This document shows positions 19,638 to 29,709 of a stretch of DNA of 64,000 nt, one piece after another. The notes under the pieces were generated by a model, which was not told the origin of the DNA, ran no database searches, and saw only the letters and a program-made list of their open reading frames with translations. Origin of the DNA: Polyangiales bacterium. Its GTDB lineage: Bacteria > Myxococcota_A > Polyangia > Polyangiales > Houyiibacteriaceae. Each line of letters starts with the position of its first letter. Position 1 is the stretch's first letter. A program made the position numbers and the translations under genes. The stretch covers positions 9,224 through 73,223 of the forward strand of contig JBGCFM010000081.1 in assembly GCA_045106895.1 (NCBI GenBank), in the 5' to 3' direction.

Positions 19638-20321
19638 TCAGCATCCGCGCGATGCGGACTGAGCCAGTTCCGTGATGGCGCTCACGACCTCTTCAAAGCT
19701 CTTCTGCGTGGAATCGACATGCGTCGCGTCCTCTGCGGGCTTCAGGGGAGCCGCCTCTCGCCCAGAATCCCTCGCATCGCGCTCCTGAATGGCGGTGAGA
19801 AGGCTCTCGTAGTCCGCTTCGGTTCCGCGGGCTTTTAGGTCTTTTAGACGTCTTTCGGCCCGCGCCTCGGCGCTCGCCGTGAGAAACACCTTCACCTCGG
19901 CGTCGGGGAAAATCACGGTTCCGATGTCGCGCCCTTCCAAAACAACGCCGCCGTCAGCGCCTAGTTCGCGCTGAACGTCAAGAAGCGCAGCTCGAACTGG
20001 GGGGTGGCCACTCACAAGGGAAGCGCCGCCTGCGACGTCGGGGTTTCGAAGCTCGTCTTCGCGATCGACACCGTCGATGAGCAGGCGTGGCCCTGCCGGG
20101 GTCGCGGCAAACTCAAGCTTCAACGTTCGCGCGAAGGCGCCGAGCTGCTCGCCGTCATCCCAGGGAATACCCTCTTCGCGTGCTCGCAGAGCGAGACCTC
20201 GATACAGCGCGCCGGTATCCACGCGCACAAACCCGAGCCGGTCGGCGACGCCTTGCGCGACGGTACTCTTGCCTGCACCCGCGGGGCCATCGATGGCAAC
20301 TACGACACGGCTTCGGCTCAT
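19638..20321 (-). CDS. cmk: cytidylate kinase
   Basis: AIDGPAGAGKST, DTGALYR, EGRDIGTV, RDARD. Confidence 0.97.
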   Translation of the reverse strand: MSRSRVVVAIDGPAGAGKSTVAQGVADRLGFVRVDTGALYRGLALRAREEGIPWDDGEQLGAFARTLKLEFAATPAGPRLLIDGVDREDELRNPDVAGGASLVSGHPPVRAALLDVQRELGADGGVVLEGRDIGTVIFPDAEVKVFLTASAEARAERRLKDLKARGTEADYESLLTAIQERDARDSGREAAPLKPAEDATHVDSTQKSFEEVVSAITELAQSASRGC

Positions 20322-20363
20322 GGGCCGACGCTAGCACACGGCCCGTAGCGAGCACGGAGAGAG

Positions 20364-21722
20364 TCAGTCCGAGAACTGGATGTTGGCGCCTAGGTCGCGA
20401 AAGACCTCGTCAAAGCGCGGAAAGCTCGTCGCGATGCAGTCCGCGTTCTCGATGGTGGTCGTGCCCTCCGCCTGCATGCCCAGGATGGCCGCTGCCATGG
20501 CGATGCGGTGGTCCCCTTCGCTGTCGACGGTGGCGCCGTGGAGAGGATGCCCGCCTTGGATCACCATTCCGTCCGGGAGTTCCTCGACGGGAACGCCGAA
20601 GGCGGTGAGAACCTTGGCCATCACGGCGATGCGGTCGCTTTCTTTGACTCGTAGTTCCGCGGCGTCGCGAATCTCCGTCGTGCCCTTTGCGGACGCGGCC
20701 AAGGCACAAAGGGCCGGGACCTCGTCGATCATGCGCACGAGCATTTCGCCGCCAACCAATGACCCGACGACTCCTTCGCCAAAGACATGCAGGTCAGCGA
20801 TGGGCTCGCCGCCGGCGCCTTCGGGTTTGGGAACTTGCTGAACGTTGCCACGCATGAGCCGAAGCAAGTCGAGCATGCCGGTGCGCGTCGGGTTAACCCC
20901 CACGCCCTCCACTACGATCTCGCTGCCCGGAATTGCCAGCCCGGCGGCGAGGAGAAACGCGGCGCCGGAAACATCTCCAGGGATGTCCCAATCGAACCCA
21001 TCCCAGCCTCCGGACCAATCGCGCGAAGGGTCGAGGACGACGGCGGACCCAACGGTGTCGAGGGGGCAGCCGAGGGAGAGCATCATTCGCTCGGTGTGGT
21101 CACGTGAGAGCGTTGGTTCCTGCAACACCGTTGGCGCCGACGCGTACAGCCCGCTGAGCAAGAGACAGGACTTCACCTGGGCGCTGGCCACGGGCATATC
21201 GTACTCGATGCCGGCGAGATGCTCGCCCTCCACCAAAGGAGCGATGGAGAGCGGCGAGTAGCACTCCGCGTCCTCTTCCGCCCGGGCGGGGCTGCCAAGC
21301 TGGCAGCCCGCGATGTGAGCCCCGCGCGCCCGAAGGGGCGAGACGATGCGGTTCATAGGGCGCTTGCTGAGGCTCGCGTCGCCAATGAGCCGCGTGCCAA
21401 AACGCTGACCTACAAGGAGCCCCGCGAGGAGGCGCATCGTGGTGCCCGAGTTCCCGCAGTCGAGGGCACGTTGCGCCATGCGCAGGCCTCGAAGCCCCAC
21501 TCCCTCGATGCGGACTTCGTCGCCTGCTTCTTCGATGCGGACGCCCATCTCTTGGAACGCCGCAAGAGTGGCTCGGTTGTCTTCTCCTCCCGAGAAGCCA
21601 CGGACCGTGCTCTGACCTCGGGCAAGCGCGCCGAAGATCAGACTGCGATGCCCAATGGACTTGTCCCCAGGAATCGAGGCTCGACCATGAAGTGCGCCTG
21701 AGCGCTCGACGACCAGCTTCAA
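20364..21722 (-). CDS. aroA: 3-phosphoshikimate 1-carboxyvinyltransferase (EPSP synthase)
   Basis: PGDKS, GNSGTTMR, RPM, SAQVKS, RDHTE, RVKESDR, DHRIAM. Confidence 0.97.
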   Translation of the reverse strand: MKLVVERSGALHGRASIPGDKSIGHRSLIFGALARGQSTVRGFSGGEDNRATLAAFQEMGVRIEEAGDEVRIEGVGLRGLRMAQRALDCGNSGTTMRLLAGLLVGQRFGTRLIGDASLSKRPMNRIVSPLRARGAHIAGCQLGSPARAEEDAECYSPLSIAPLVEGEHLAGIEYDMPVASAQVKSCLLLSGLYASAPTVLQEPTLSRDHTERMMLSLGCPLDTVGSAVVLDPSRDWSGGWDGFDWDIPGDVSGAAFLLAAGLAIPGSEIVVEGVGVNPTRTGMLDLLRLMRGNVQQVPKPEGAGGEPIADLHVFGEGVVGSLVGGEMLVRMIDEVPALCALAASAKGTTEIRDAAELRVKESDRIAVMAKVLTAFGVPVEELPDGMVIQGGHPLHGATVDSEGDHRIAMAAAILGMQAEGTTTIENADCIATSFPRFDEVFRDLGANIQFSD

Positions 21723-22741
21723 GGTGCTGGCGTGGCCGTTGTCGCCGATGCGGCGCCCATGTTCAACAGGCCCATGCCCATCTGAAACAGCCGGCGTACT
21801 TCAGCGTCGGAGATATCAAGGCTCGCGAACACTCCGCTTGCGTCGCTGCTGATGTTGATGGCTTCGACGATGCTCCGAAGGCCGAAGGCATTGAGCATTG
21901 GCTGCTGAAGCGCCATCTGGCGCAGCTCGTTCAACTTCGCCTCGATGGCCTGTGCCGTGGCGACGTCAGCCGTGAGGCCGGCTGCGCGGAATCGTGCCCC
22001 GTCGATGGCGTCTGCGCTGAAAGAACCACCACGAATCTGCGCCGCGGTTCCTTCGCCAAGCTCAGAGTTGATGTCTCGGTCCAGACTCGCCACGCCTGGG
22101 GGTCGCTCGCTGATCACGCGGAAGATCGCTTCAGCGTCGATGCGACCTTCAGCCTCCGTGAAGAACGGACGCGTGTGGAAACCGCTCCGTGGCGGGTTGA
22201 GAGCGAGCGCCGTGCAGCGGGCCGTGGGACCGAAGAGGAAACGACCGCCGCCGATGTTGATCATCGTGACATCGTCGACGGTGATCGCCTCAAAGGAACC
22301 CACCTGGACTCGTTGGGGGACATCCGAGGGCTCTACGACGGCGACGAAGTCGATGACGTTTTGCAGGGTAAAACGACCTTCAACAACGGCGATTCCCGGC
22401 TCGAGATTCGTGCCAGAGTCGTTCCGACCAAAACTCAAGTAGACCTGGTCAACGAGCTCCGCGAGAGCGATAGCGCTGTCTCGAACGGTCCGTTGCTCTG
22501 GCGTAAAAGACTGGTCCGAGGCGTCTCGGATCATGCCGAAGTACGGCGAGCTCAAACCGCGAGCGACGCTCACCTCGACGTAGCCAAACGTGTCCGCTGG
22601 CATGTAGTCAAAGCTGCTCGCTTGAGCCACGGCGGGAGCCCCGGTCACTTCGACGGGCTCGACGATGGTGGAGGTGTCGCCGGACTGTCCGCCGCAAGCC
22701 ACGCACAACATCAGAGCCAAGAGCTGCATTGTCTTCTTCAT
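21719..22741 (-). CDS. hypothetical lipoprotein
   Basis: MKKTMQLLALMLCVAC lipoprotein signal; stop overlaps the aroA TTG start. Confidence 0.7.
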   Translation of the reverse strand: MKKTMQLLALMLCVACGGQSGDTSTIVEPVEVTGAPAVAQASSFDYMPADTFGYVEVSVARGLSSPYFGMIRDASDQSFTPEQRTVRDSAIALAELVDQVYLSFGRNDSGTNLEPGIAVVEGRFTLQNVIDFVAVVEPSDVPQRVQVGSFEAITVDDVTMINIGGGRFLFGPTARCTALALNPPRSGFHTRPFFTEAEGRIDAEAIFRVISERPPGVASLDRDINSELGEGTAAQIRGGSFSADAIDGARFRAAGLTADVATAQAIEAKLNELRQMALQQPMLNAFGLRSIVEAINISSDASGVFASLDISDAEVRRLFQMGMGLLNMGAASATTATPAP

Positions 22742-22873
22742 CACTAGTATCCTGTCTTCCGCGGCATCGTTGTGTCGGGACGTTCTCCCGGGACAGACCC
22801 AAGCGCAAGCGCAAGGATTCAATTCTCTGGGCGAGTGTTCCCCTAGACCTAGGAGTTTTTGATGCTCTTCGGC

Positions 22874-23974
22874 CTACTTCGCTAGGACTTTTTGCAGAGC
22901 ACTGATCATTCGATCGTTTTGCTCCGGGGTGCCGAGCGTAATTCGAAGCCAAGTCTGAATCGGCGGGGGCATGGGTCGAACGATCACCGCCTCGCGGAGG
23001 AGCTCTTCGTACACCTCGGCCCCCGGACGCTCAACGTTCACCAGAAGGAAGTTGGTCTGGCTTGGCGCGACGGGGATGTTCAGCGCCTCCAACGCTGCCG
23101 CGACACGGCGCCGCTCGGAGCGGTTTTCTTGAACGTAGCTTTGCAGGTAGTCCTGTGCCTTGAGTGCTTCGACGGCGGCGAGCTGCCCCAGCCGATTGAC
23201 GTTGAACGGCGCGCGCATTCGGTGGAGGTAATCGATGAGTTCGGAGGGGCCGATGGCGTAGCCCACGCGGAGCGAAGCGAGTCCGTAGGCCTTCGAGAAG
23301 GTTCGAAGAATGAGCATACGTTTCCGCAGCGTTCGAAGCGTCATCGCGCTCACGAAGTCGTCGGCATCGGCGAACTCGACATACGCTTCGTCCACGACGA
23401 GCACCACCCGCTCGGGCAGCTCTCGCACCAAACGCTCAAGGTCTGCGCTGCCCATGTGTGCGCCGGTGGGGTTGTTTGGGTTGGCGAGGAAGAGCACCTT
23501 CGTCGCCGGTGTCACCGCTCCGAGGAGCGCGTCGACGTCCCACGCCAGGTTGTCCTTGAGCGGCACCTCCGTGAAATCGACACCCGCGGCGATGCAGCCC
23601 AGCCAGTAACAGACGAAGCTCGGCTTCCCGAAGACCACATGGTCGTCGGCGCTTGGGTATGTGCGGCAAATGAGGTCGATGAGCTCGTTGGAGCCGTTGG
23701 CCGTGACCACCTCGCTCGCGTCCACCCCGTTGAAGGATGCCACCGCGCTTCGTAGCGAAAAGGCTGCGCCATCGGGGTACTCGCCTAGGTTCTCGAGCGC
23801 CTCTTTGACAGCGGCTCGGACCGCCGGAGCCGCGCCGTAGGGGTTTTCGTTCGAGGCAAGTTTGACGGCGCCCTGAATTCCAAGCTCGCGTTCGAGCTCC
23901 TCCACGGGTTTGCCAGGCTTGTAGGGGACCATCCGCTCAACACGGGCGGGGACCAAGTCACGTTGATTGCTCAC
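22874..23974 (-). CDS. hisC: histidinol-phosphate aminotransferase
   Basis: YKPGK, LASNENP, NPNNPTG, DEAY, RTFSKAYGLASLRVGY. Confidence 0.95.
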   Translation of the reverse strand: MSNQRDLVPARVERMVPYKPGKPVEELERELGIQGAVKLASNENPYGAAPAVRAAVKEALENLGEYPDGAAFSLRSAVASFNGVDASEVVTANGSNELIDLICRTYPSADDHVVFGKPSFVCYWLGCIAAGVDFTEVPLKDNLAWDVDALLGAVTPATKVLFLANPNNPTGAHMGSADLERLVRELPERVVLVVDEAYVEFADADDFVSAMTLRTLRKRMLILRTFSKAYGLASLRVGYAIGPSELIDYLHRMRAPFNVNRLGQLAAVEALKAQDYLQSYVQENRSERRRVAAALEALNIPVAPSQTNFLLVNVERPGAEVYEELLREAVIVRPMPPPIQTWLRITLGTPEQNDRMISALQKVLAK

Positions 23975-24054
23975 GTGGGGGTTGTCTGCCCGATGCCCTA
24001 GGACAGCAAGGACTTTTCTCTCGCGCGGGAGGATCCGGGGATTTAGCGGTGTGG

Positions 24055-25800
24055 TTAGGAGCTAGAAGGCTTGGTGCCCTCGTCCCAACGGGGCCCTTCT
24101 TTGCGTCGGCCCAAGACATTGTAGATCTTGAGAGCCTTGGCTTTGCCCTTCACCGTTTGATCCGGAAGCTGCTCCACCTCAAAGAGGTCTTTGACCCGGC
24201 CGTAGGTCTCTTCGCTGATGATGCACTGGCCGCCCTTGGCCACGGAACACAGACGCGCGCCCGTGTTCACGGTGTCGCCGATGACGGTGTATTCGAGCGC
24301 TTTGCTACTTCCGAGGTAGCCCGCGACGACTTCACCGGTGTTGATTCCGATGCCGATGTGCAGCTCCGGCAGACCATGCGGGCGTCGCTTGGCGTTGAAC
24401 TCCACTTCGAGAACTTCAAGCATCGTGAGCGCGGTCTGAACGGCGCGGAGAGGGTCGTCGTCGTGGGCAACGGGCGCACCAAAGAGCGCCATGATCTCGT
24501 CGCCGACGAACTTGTCGAGGGTGCCTTCGTTGTCGAAGATAATCTCAACCATCAGCTCGAAGTAGTCGTTGAGCATGCCGACGACCTCTTGAGCACTCAC
24601 CTTTTCACTCAGCTGAGTGAAGCCACGGATATCGCTAAAGAGCACCGTGGTCTCGCGAAGCTCGCCACCCTTCTTGACCTCCACCTTTCCGGCCATGACC
24701 AGCTCCGCGATGGCGGGCGATAGAAGCCGCTGGAAACGCTCGCGGGTGATGGCTTCTTGCTCGAGCTTGAGGGCGTAGAGACTGTTTTGAATCGCAATCG
24801 CGGCCTGATTCGAGACGTTCTGCAGAAGCTGAAGGTCTTTCTCGGTGAACGCGTTGGCGGCGATCTGCGAGTCAAGCATCATGATGCCGAAGACCTCACC
24901 ACCATGAAGAAGTGGGACGGCCATGGAGCTTCGGATGCCCTGCATAATGACCGAGTGCGCTCCGCTGAAGCGCGAGTCCACGGACGCGTCACTGCTGAGA
25001 ACGGCGGCCTTGTCGCGCAGCACTTCATCGATGATCGTTGTGGAAAGGACCATCTCCTCTTGGGCGGACTGAACCTTGCTCGTTCGCACCATTCGAGGCT
25101 TGAGCTCTTTGTCCTCGTTGTAGAGAAGGATGACGCCACGGTCAGCCTGCAGGAGATCGAAAGCGGCATCGAGAATCTTCGCGAGAAGTGGATCTACTTC
25201 GAGCTCGGTTCCGATGGCCTGCATGATCTCGTAGCTTGCACGGAGCTTCTCGTAGTCACGCCTCAGCGCCGCGTCGTCCTGAACAAGGCGAGCGGGCAAG
25301 AAGCTCTGGTCGAGGAGCGGAGCGAGCTTGGAGCGGATGTGGCTCTCGACCATTCCGGGCGAGATGGTCACCGTCGACGCCGGAGGGATCGGCGGAATCG
25401 GCTGCATTTGAATCTGTGCCGGCGCGGGAGCAGGCACGACGGGCGCACCGACACCAAGCGCAGTCTCTCCGGCGCTGCGATTCGCCAAGGGCGACCCTGG
25501 TCCGACGCCCATCGCCGTGTCGTCGGCGGTAAAAAGGATCCGAGTCGAGCCCATGGTGATCTCGTCGCCGCCGGTCAGAACCCGGTTGCCGACGCGCTCG
25601 CCATTCACGAAGGTTCCGTTGAGGGAGCCGAGATCCTTCAGAACGTAACGCCCGTCCTCAAGGTCGATGTGGCAATGCTCCTTCGAGACAATGCGGTCGA
25701 GCACCTGGTGGGTGTTGTCTGGGTGGCGACCCAACGTGTTATGGGCGACGAGGACACGCTCTTGGCGCCCCTCTGGGCCGATGATGATAATTCGGGCCAT
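24055..25800 (-). CDS. FHA-GAF-class III adenylate/guanylate cyclase
   Basis: FHA (LGRHPDN, VSKEH, SLNGTFVN), GAF (SSMAVPL), cyclase (FSDIRGFT, DKFVGDEIM, YTVIGDTVNTGARL). Confidence 0.95.
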   Translation of the reverse strand: MARIIIIGPEGRQERVLVAHNTLGRHPDNTHQVLDRIVSKEHCHIDLEDGRYVLKDLGSLNGTFVNGERVGNRVLTGGDEITMGSTRILFTADDTAMGVGPGSPLANRSAGETALGVGAPVVPAPAPAQIQMQPIPPIPPASTVTISPGMVESHIRSKLAPLLDQSFLPARLVQDDAALRRDYEKLRASYEIMQAIGTELEVDPLLAKILDAAFDLLQADRGVILLYNEDKELKPRMVRTSKVQSAQEEMVLSTTIIDEVLRDKAAVLSSDASVDSRFSGAHSVIMQGIRSSMAVPLLHGGEVFGIMMLDSQIAANAFTEKDLQLLQNVSNQAAIAIQNSLYALKLEQEAITRERFQRLLSPAIAELVMAGKVEVKKGGELRETTVLFSDIRGFTQLSEKVSAQEVVGMLNDYFELMVEIIFDNEGTLDKFVGDEIMALFGAPVAHDDDPLRAVQTALTMLEVLEVEFNAKRRPHGLPELHIGIGINTGEVVAGYLGSSKALEYTVIGDTVNTGARLCSVAKGGQCIISEETYGRVKDLFEVEQLPDQTVKGKAKALKIYNVLGRRKEGPRWDEGTKPSSS

Positions 25801-25893
25801 CGAAACTGAGGGGATGCTAAACGCACGACGAGTTGCCGTAAAGGGCGAGAAACACTCTCTTGGTTCGGAAATCCATTGAAGGGGGTCTGAACC

Positions 25894-25922
25894 TTGCAGC
25901 ATGGGCTTCTCACTGCTACTTT
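25894..25922 (+). promoter_or_regulatory. putative rpoZ promoter
   Basis: TTGCAG-N17-TACTTT with TG extended -10; AGGAG RBS downstream. Confidence 0.5.
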
Positions 25923-25942
25923 CCGCGGCCCTAGGAGATCAC

Positions 25943-26185
25943 ATGGCCCGCGTAACTGTAGAAGATTGTCTTGTTCACGAAGAAAACCGCTTTGCGCTGG
26001 TTGTCCTCGCAGCCCGGCGTGCTCGGATCCTTATGAAGGGAGCCCCTGCGCTGGTACCCAATAAGAACCGCGAGTCGGTTTCCGCACTTCGCGAGATCGC
26101 CGCTCAGAAGGTGAAGTGGAACCGCCCCGTTGTGGACGCCGTCAACGAGTTTATCATCGAGACGCGCAACGCTCAGATTCGCTAA
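25943..26185 (+). CDS. rpoZ: RNA polymerase omega subunit
   Basis: [36 protein letters not shown]. Confidence 0.95.
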   Translation: MARVTVEDCLVHEENRFALVVLAARRARILMKGAPALVPNKNRESVSALREIAAQKVKWNRPVVDAVNEFIIETRNAQIR

Positions 26186-26219
26186 GTCGAGATCTCACGA
26201 GCCCTCGCGCTCGAGTATC

Positions 26220-26248
26220 AAAACGCCCGCCAGTCAGCGGGCGTTTTT
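26220..26248 (+). terminator. rpoZ terminator
   Basis: AAAACGCCCGC-cagtca-GCGGGCGTTTTT. Confidence 0.85.
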
Positions 26249-26308
26249 CGTTTAAGGCCGCTTCATTTGATGGGAGCAGGGAAATCGTGACTCCTTTATA
26301 CTTTGAGG

Positions 26309-28393
26309 ATGCTCGTTCGTGCATTGGTCGTGGTTTGCAGCACGCTCTTCCTTGTCTCTTGTGAAGGCGAGATCTCCGAAGCGCCCCGTCGTGAGGTGCC
26401 CGAGGGGCCAGAGATTCCCGACTTCCCCGAAGACCCCACACGTCCTGGAGTCACGCAGTGTGAGGCCTTTGACGCCACCGGCGCTCATTCCTATGGGGCG
26501 AAGGTCAAGAACCTCATTGTCGGACTCCCCCTCACGGGCGAGGAACTCGCGGCTCTCCAGGATGACCCGCGAAGCCTCGAGATGCTCATCAGCACCTGGC
26601 TCGAGACACCGGAAGCGTCTGCGAAGCTCCGCGACTTCTTCGCGATGGCGTTCCAGCAGGAAGGTTTTGAAGAGGCCGGACTCACCGAGCAGTGGGCCGA
26701 GCCGGATATTCGAACCGGTCACTTCGCCGACGAAGAGACCATCATGGACAACTCTCTACGCGAGAACTTTGAAACGAGCTTTGCGCGAACGGTCGTCCAG
26801 TTCGTCAACGAAGGGCGCCCATTTCATCAGGTGGTCACGACGCGCAGCTTTATGATGACAACGGCGATGATGACGGCGATGGCGTTCGCGGATGAGCGTC
26901 ATCGTTTGGACAACGGGAACGCGTTCTTCCGAAGCGTCAGCGAGGTGATGACAAACGTCGAGTTCCAGAACCTGCAGGCATACCCGCAAAGCCAGGTACT
27001 CGACCCAGCAAGCCCCAATTTCCTGCGCTTCTACGCCGAGACCTCAGAGATCGTCCCGACCTGCTCTGGCGGAAGCGTGACCTACGAAGGGACCAACACG
27101 CCCCTCATCGCGTTTCGTTCCATGTTTGGATACTTCGCCCGGCTCGCGTTCAGCGGCTGCACGGGCGAAGGACGCCCAAACTGGCCAGCACCAAGTCTCT
27201 TCTCTCGAGAGGACTTTCGCGACTGGCGTCTTGTAGAAGTTCGCGCACCGAGCGATGACGAGGAGACCACTCGTTTCTACGACCTAGAGTCCATCCGAGG
27301 CGGCACAACGCTGGTCACGCACGCCCCGCGCGTTGGCTTCTTCACGACTCCAGCGTTCTTCGCGGTCTGGCAGACCAACGAAGACAACGCGCACCGGGTC
27401 ACGGCAAACCAAACGCTCATTACTGCTTTCGGAAACAGCATCGACGAGAGCCAGTCCATCATCCCTACGAGAGACAGCGCTCTCGATGCAGAACACGCCG
27501 ACCCAAGCACCGGCTGCTGGCACTGCCACAAGACCCTCGACCCCATGCGGCAGATATTCCGGCAGGAATACACACTCTACTCAAACGCCCAGCTCGACGA
27601 AGAAGAGCGAGCCATCCCCGCAGCCTTCGCTTGGGACGGTGTGACCGCCGAACCCGACACCATCTATGAGTTTGCCGAGGTCATCGCGACGCACCCGAAC
27701 TTCGCGCGCGGCTGGGTTCAGAAGCTGTGTTTCTATGCCAACTCGCGCGAATGCCCTGATGACCCCGACGACGAGAGCGATGCCTTCGACGAGGTCGTGC
27801 GAGCGTTCGTGGAGAGCGATTACGACTTCAAAACCCTTGTCCGTACACTCTTCTCATCCTCGCTCGTGACCAACGCGGAGTGCATCCAGGGAAGCACTGG
27901 GGACAACGCGGGCATTTCGCGAACTCGACATTTTTGTGCTGCCCTCTCCCACCGACTGGGCATGGATGACGTGTGTGGACAACGAATTCTCCTGGATGAC
28001 GACCGGATTCCGCTTCGGGAGGCGAACGCGCCGCTTGTGTCGACGCTGCCCAACGACACCTTCAGCCGGGGCGGCCAAAACCCGCTCACGGTGTCGGACA
28101 TCAACCTCTTTGTGCGCGCTACTTACGAACGTATCTGCGCCAACGCAGCGGCGGAGTTCGTCGGAGACGACGCTCTCATCTCGCCCAGTGACGAGGATGC
28201 TTCGCTGACGTTCCTGACGGAGCGCTTGATGGGCTTTCCGGAGGGAGATCCGAGGCACGACACTGCACGCTCCATACTTCAAGGGCATTTGGAGGAAGCG
28301 AGGCTCGCGCCGGACATCACTGAGGTGCTGGCTCTTCAGAGTACTTTCACGCTCGCGTGCCTCTCCCCAAGCCTGATTGGAGTCGGACTATGA
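26309..28393 (+). CDS. large lipoprotein with a single CxxCH motif (putative c-type heme; DUF1588/PSD-like)
   Basis: Lipobox LVSC, GFFTTPAF, CWHCH at 27515-27529 followed by LDP. Confidence 0.65.
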   Translation: MLVRALVVVCSTLFLVSCEGEISEAPRREVPEGPEIPDFPEDPTRPGVTQCEAFDATGAHSYGAKVKNLIVGLPLTGEELAALQDDPRSLEMLISTWLETPEASAKLRDFFAMAFQQEGFEEAGLTEQWAEPDIRTGHFADEETIMDNSLRENFETSFARTVVQFVNEGRPFHQVVTTRSFMMTTAMMTAMAFADERHRLDNGNAFFRSVSEVMTNVEFQNLQAYPQSQVLDPASPNFLRFYAETSEIVPTCSGGSVTYEGTNTPLIAFRSMFGYFARLAFSGCTGEGRPNWPAPSLFSREDFRDWRLVEVRAPSDDEETTRFYDLESIRGGTTLVTHAPRVGFFTTPAFFAVWQTNEDNAHRVTANQTLITAFGNSIDESQSIIPTRDSALDAEHADPSTGCWHCHKTLDPMRQIFRQEYTLYSNAQLDEEERAIPAAFAWDGVTAEPDTIYEFAEVIATHPNFARGWVQKLCFYANSRECPDDPDDESDAFDEVVRAFVESDYDFKTLVRTLFSSSLVTNAECIQGSTGDNAGISRTRHFCAALSHRLGMDDVCGQRILLDDDRIPLREANAPLVSTLPNDTFSRGGQNPLTVSDINLFVRATYERICANAAAEFVGDDALISPSDEDASLTFLTERLMGFPEGDPRHDTARSILQGHLEEARLAPDITEVLALQSTFTLACLSPSLIGVGL

Positions 28394-29709
28394 AGCGCTC
28401 ACTATCACGTCGCGCTGCGCTGCGTTCTCTCCTCGGGGCCGGCGGTGTCGGTCTTGCCGCCCTTGCCACTGGCGTCCCACGTAGCGTGCTCCTCGACCCT
28501 CTCAGTCACGCTCACGCCCAGGACGCGGACCGTCCTCGTATGTTGATTTTGACCACGTCTGAGCGCGGGGATCCGATCAATACCAACGCGCCAGGAACGT
28601 ACGACAATGCGTCCATCGTCCATCCGCCGGACGCATCGATGGCCCCCGTCGACTTTCAGCTTGGTGAACAAACGGTGCGGGCCGCGCGACCGTGGTCGGT
28701 CTTACCGGAGTCGATTCGGAACCGGATGACGTTCATTCACCACGCGACCTACGCGAACACGCATCCTAGCCAGCCGAAGGTGATGCGGCTCACCGGCAAC
28801 CTTCGTAACGGCGAAATGTTGGTGTCGATGTTCTCCAAAACACTCGCTCCAGCGCTGGAGACTACGCAAGTCGAGCCGATTAGCCTCGGCGCCGCCGGAG
28901 GCACCGAGCTGCTTTCTTTCGAAGGGCGAACCCTCTCTGCGGTACAGCCCGTCGCGCTAAAGCAGATCCTGGGAGACCCCGAAGGACCGCTCGGTCAGCT
29001 CCAGGAAATCCGCGATGAAAAGCTCGATGAGCTTCATGCGCTCTTCCGCGAACATGGGACGGAAAACCATCGCCGAATGCTCGACCGCTTCGCCCAAAGT
29101 CGAACGGAAGCTCGAACCATCTCTCTCAACCTCCTCGACCGTTTGGACGCCGTACGGCGAAACGATGCTGCTTCACAAATCATCGCGGCTCCTGTGGTCG
29201 CGGCGATGAACGTTTCGCCGGTTCTAACGATTCGAATCCCATTCGGCGGTGACAACCACAACGATCAGGGACTCGCCCGGGAAACTCGAGAGACGATTTC
29301 TGGCCTCGGTCTTCTGACAGAGCTGATGGTCAACATTGAAACAATGAAGAACGAAGGCGCGCTCCGAAACGAAGTCGTCGTCGCGAATCTTAGTGTATTC
29401 GGGCGAACCCTCGTGAACGGCGGACAGAGTGGACGCGACCACAACGGTAACCACCACACCGCGTTCATTATCGGTGACACCGTACGACCTTCGGTGATCG
29501 GCGGCGTGGTTCCTGAAGGCGACGACTTTGGTGCGGCGGCCTTCGATTCGACCACCGGAGCGATGCACGAAGACGGCGACGTGAGCTTTGAGACTGGCTT
29601 CGGCTCCATGGCCAAGACGATGGGGCGGGCTTTGGGCATCGAACAAGAAGTCCTGGACGAGGAAATCGTGTCTGGCAAAACCATCCGGGCCGCGCTTATC
29701 GAGGGCTAG
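28390..29709 (+). CDS. Tat-exported DUF1501-like protein
   Basis: SRRAAL twin-arginine signal, GGDNH, FGRT...GRDH; ATGA overlap with the upstream gene. Confidence 0.75.
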   Translation: MKRSLSRRAALRSLLGAGGVGLAALATGVPRSVLLDPLSHAHAQDADRPRMLILTTSERGDPINTNAPGTYDNASIVHPPDASMAPVDFQLGEQTVRAARPWSVLPESIRNRMTFIHHATYANTHPSQPKVMRLTGNLRNGEMLVSMFSKTLAPALETTQVEPISLGAAGGTELLSFEGRTLSAVQPVALKQILGDPEGPLGQLQEIRDEKLDELHALFREHGTENHRRMLDRFAQSRTEARTISLNLLDRLDAVRRNDAASQIIAAPVVAAMNVSPVLTIRIPFGGDNHNDQGLARETRETISGLGLLTELMVNIETMKNEGALRNEVVVANLSVFGRTLVNGGQSGRDHNGNHHTAFIIGDTVRPSVIGGVVPEGDDFGAAAFDSTTGAMHEDGDVSFETGFGSMAKTMGRALGIEQEVLDEEIVSGKTIRAALIEG

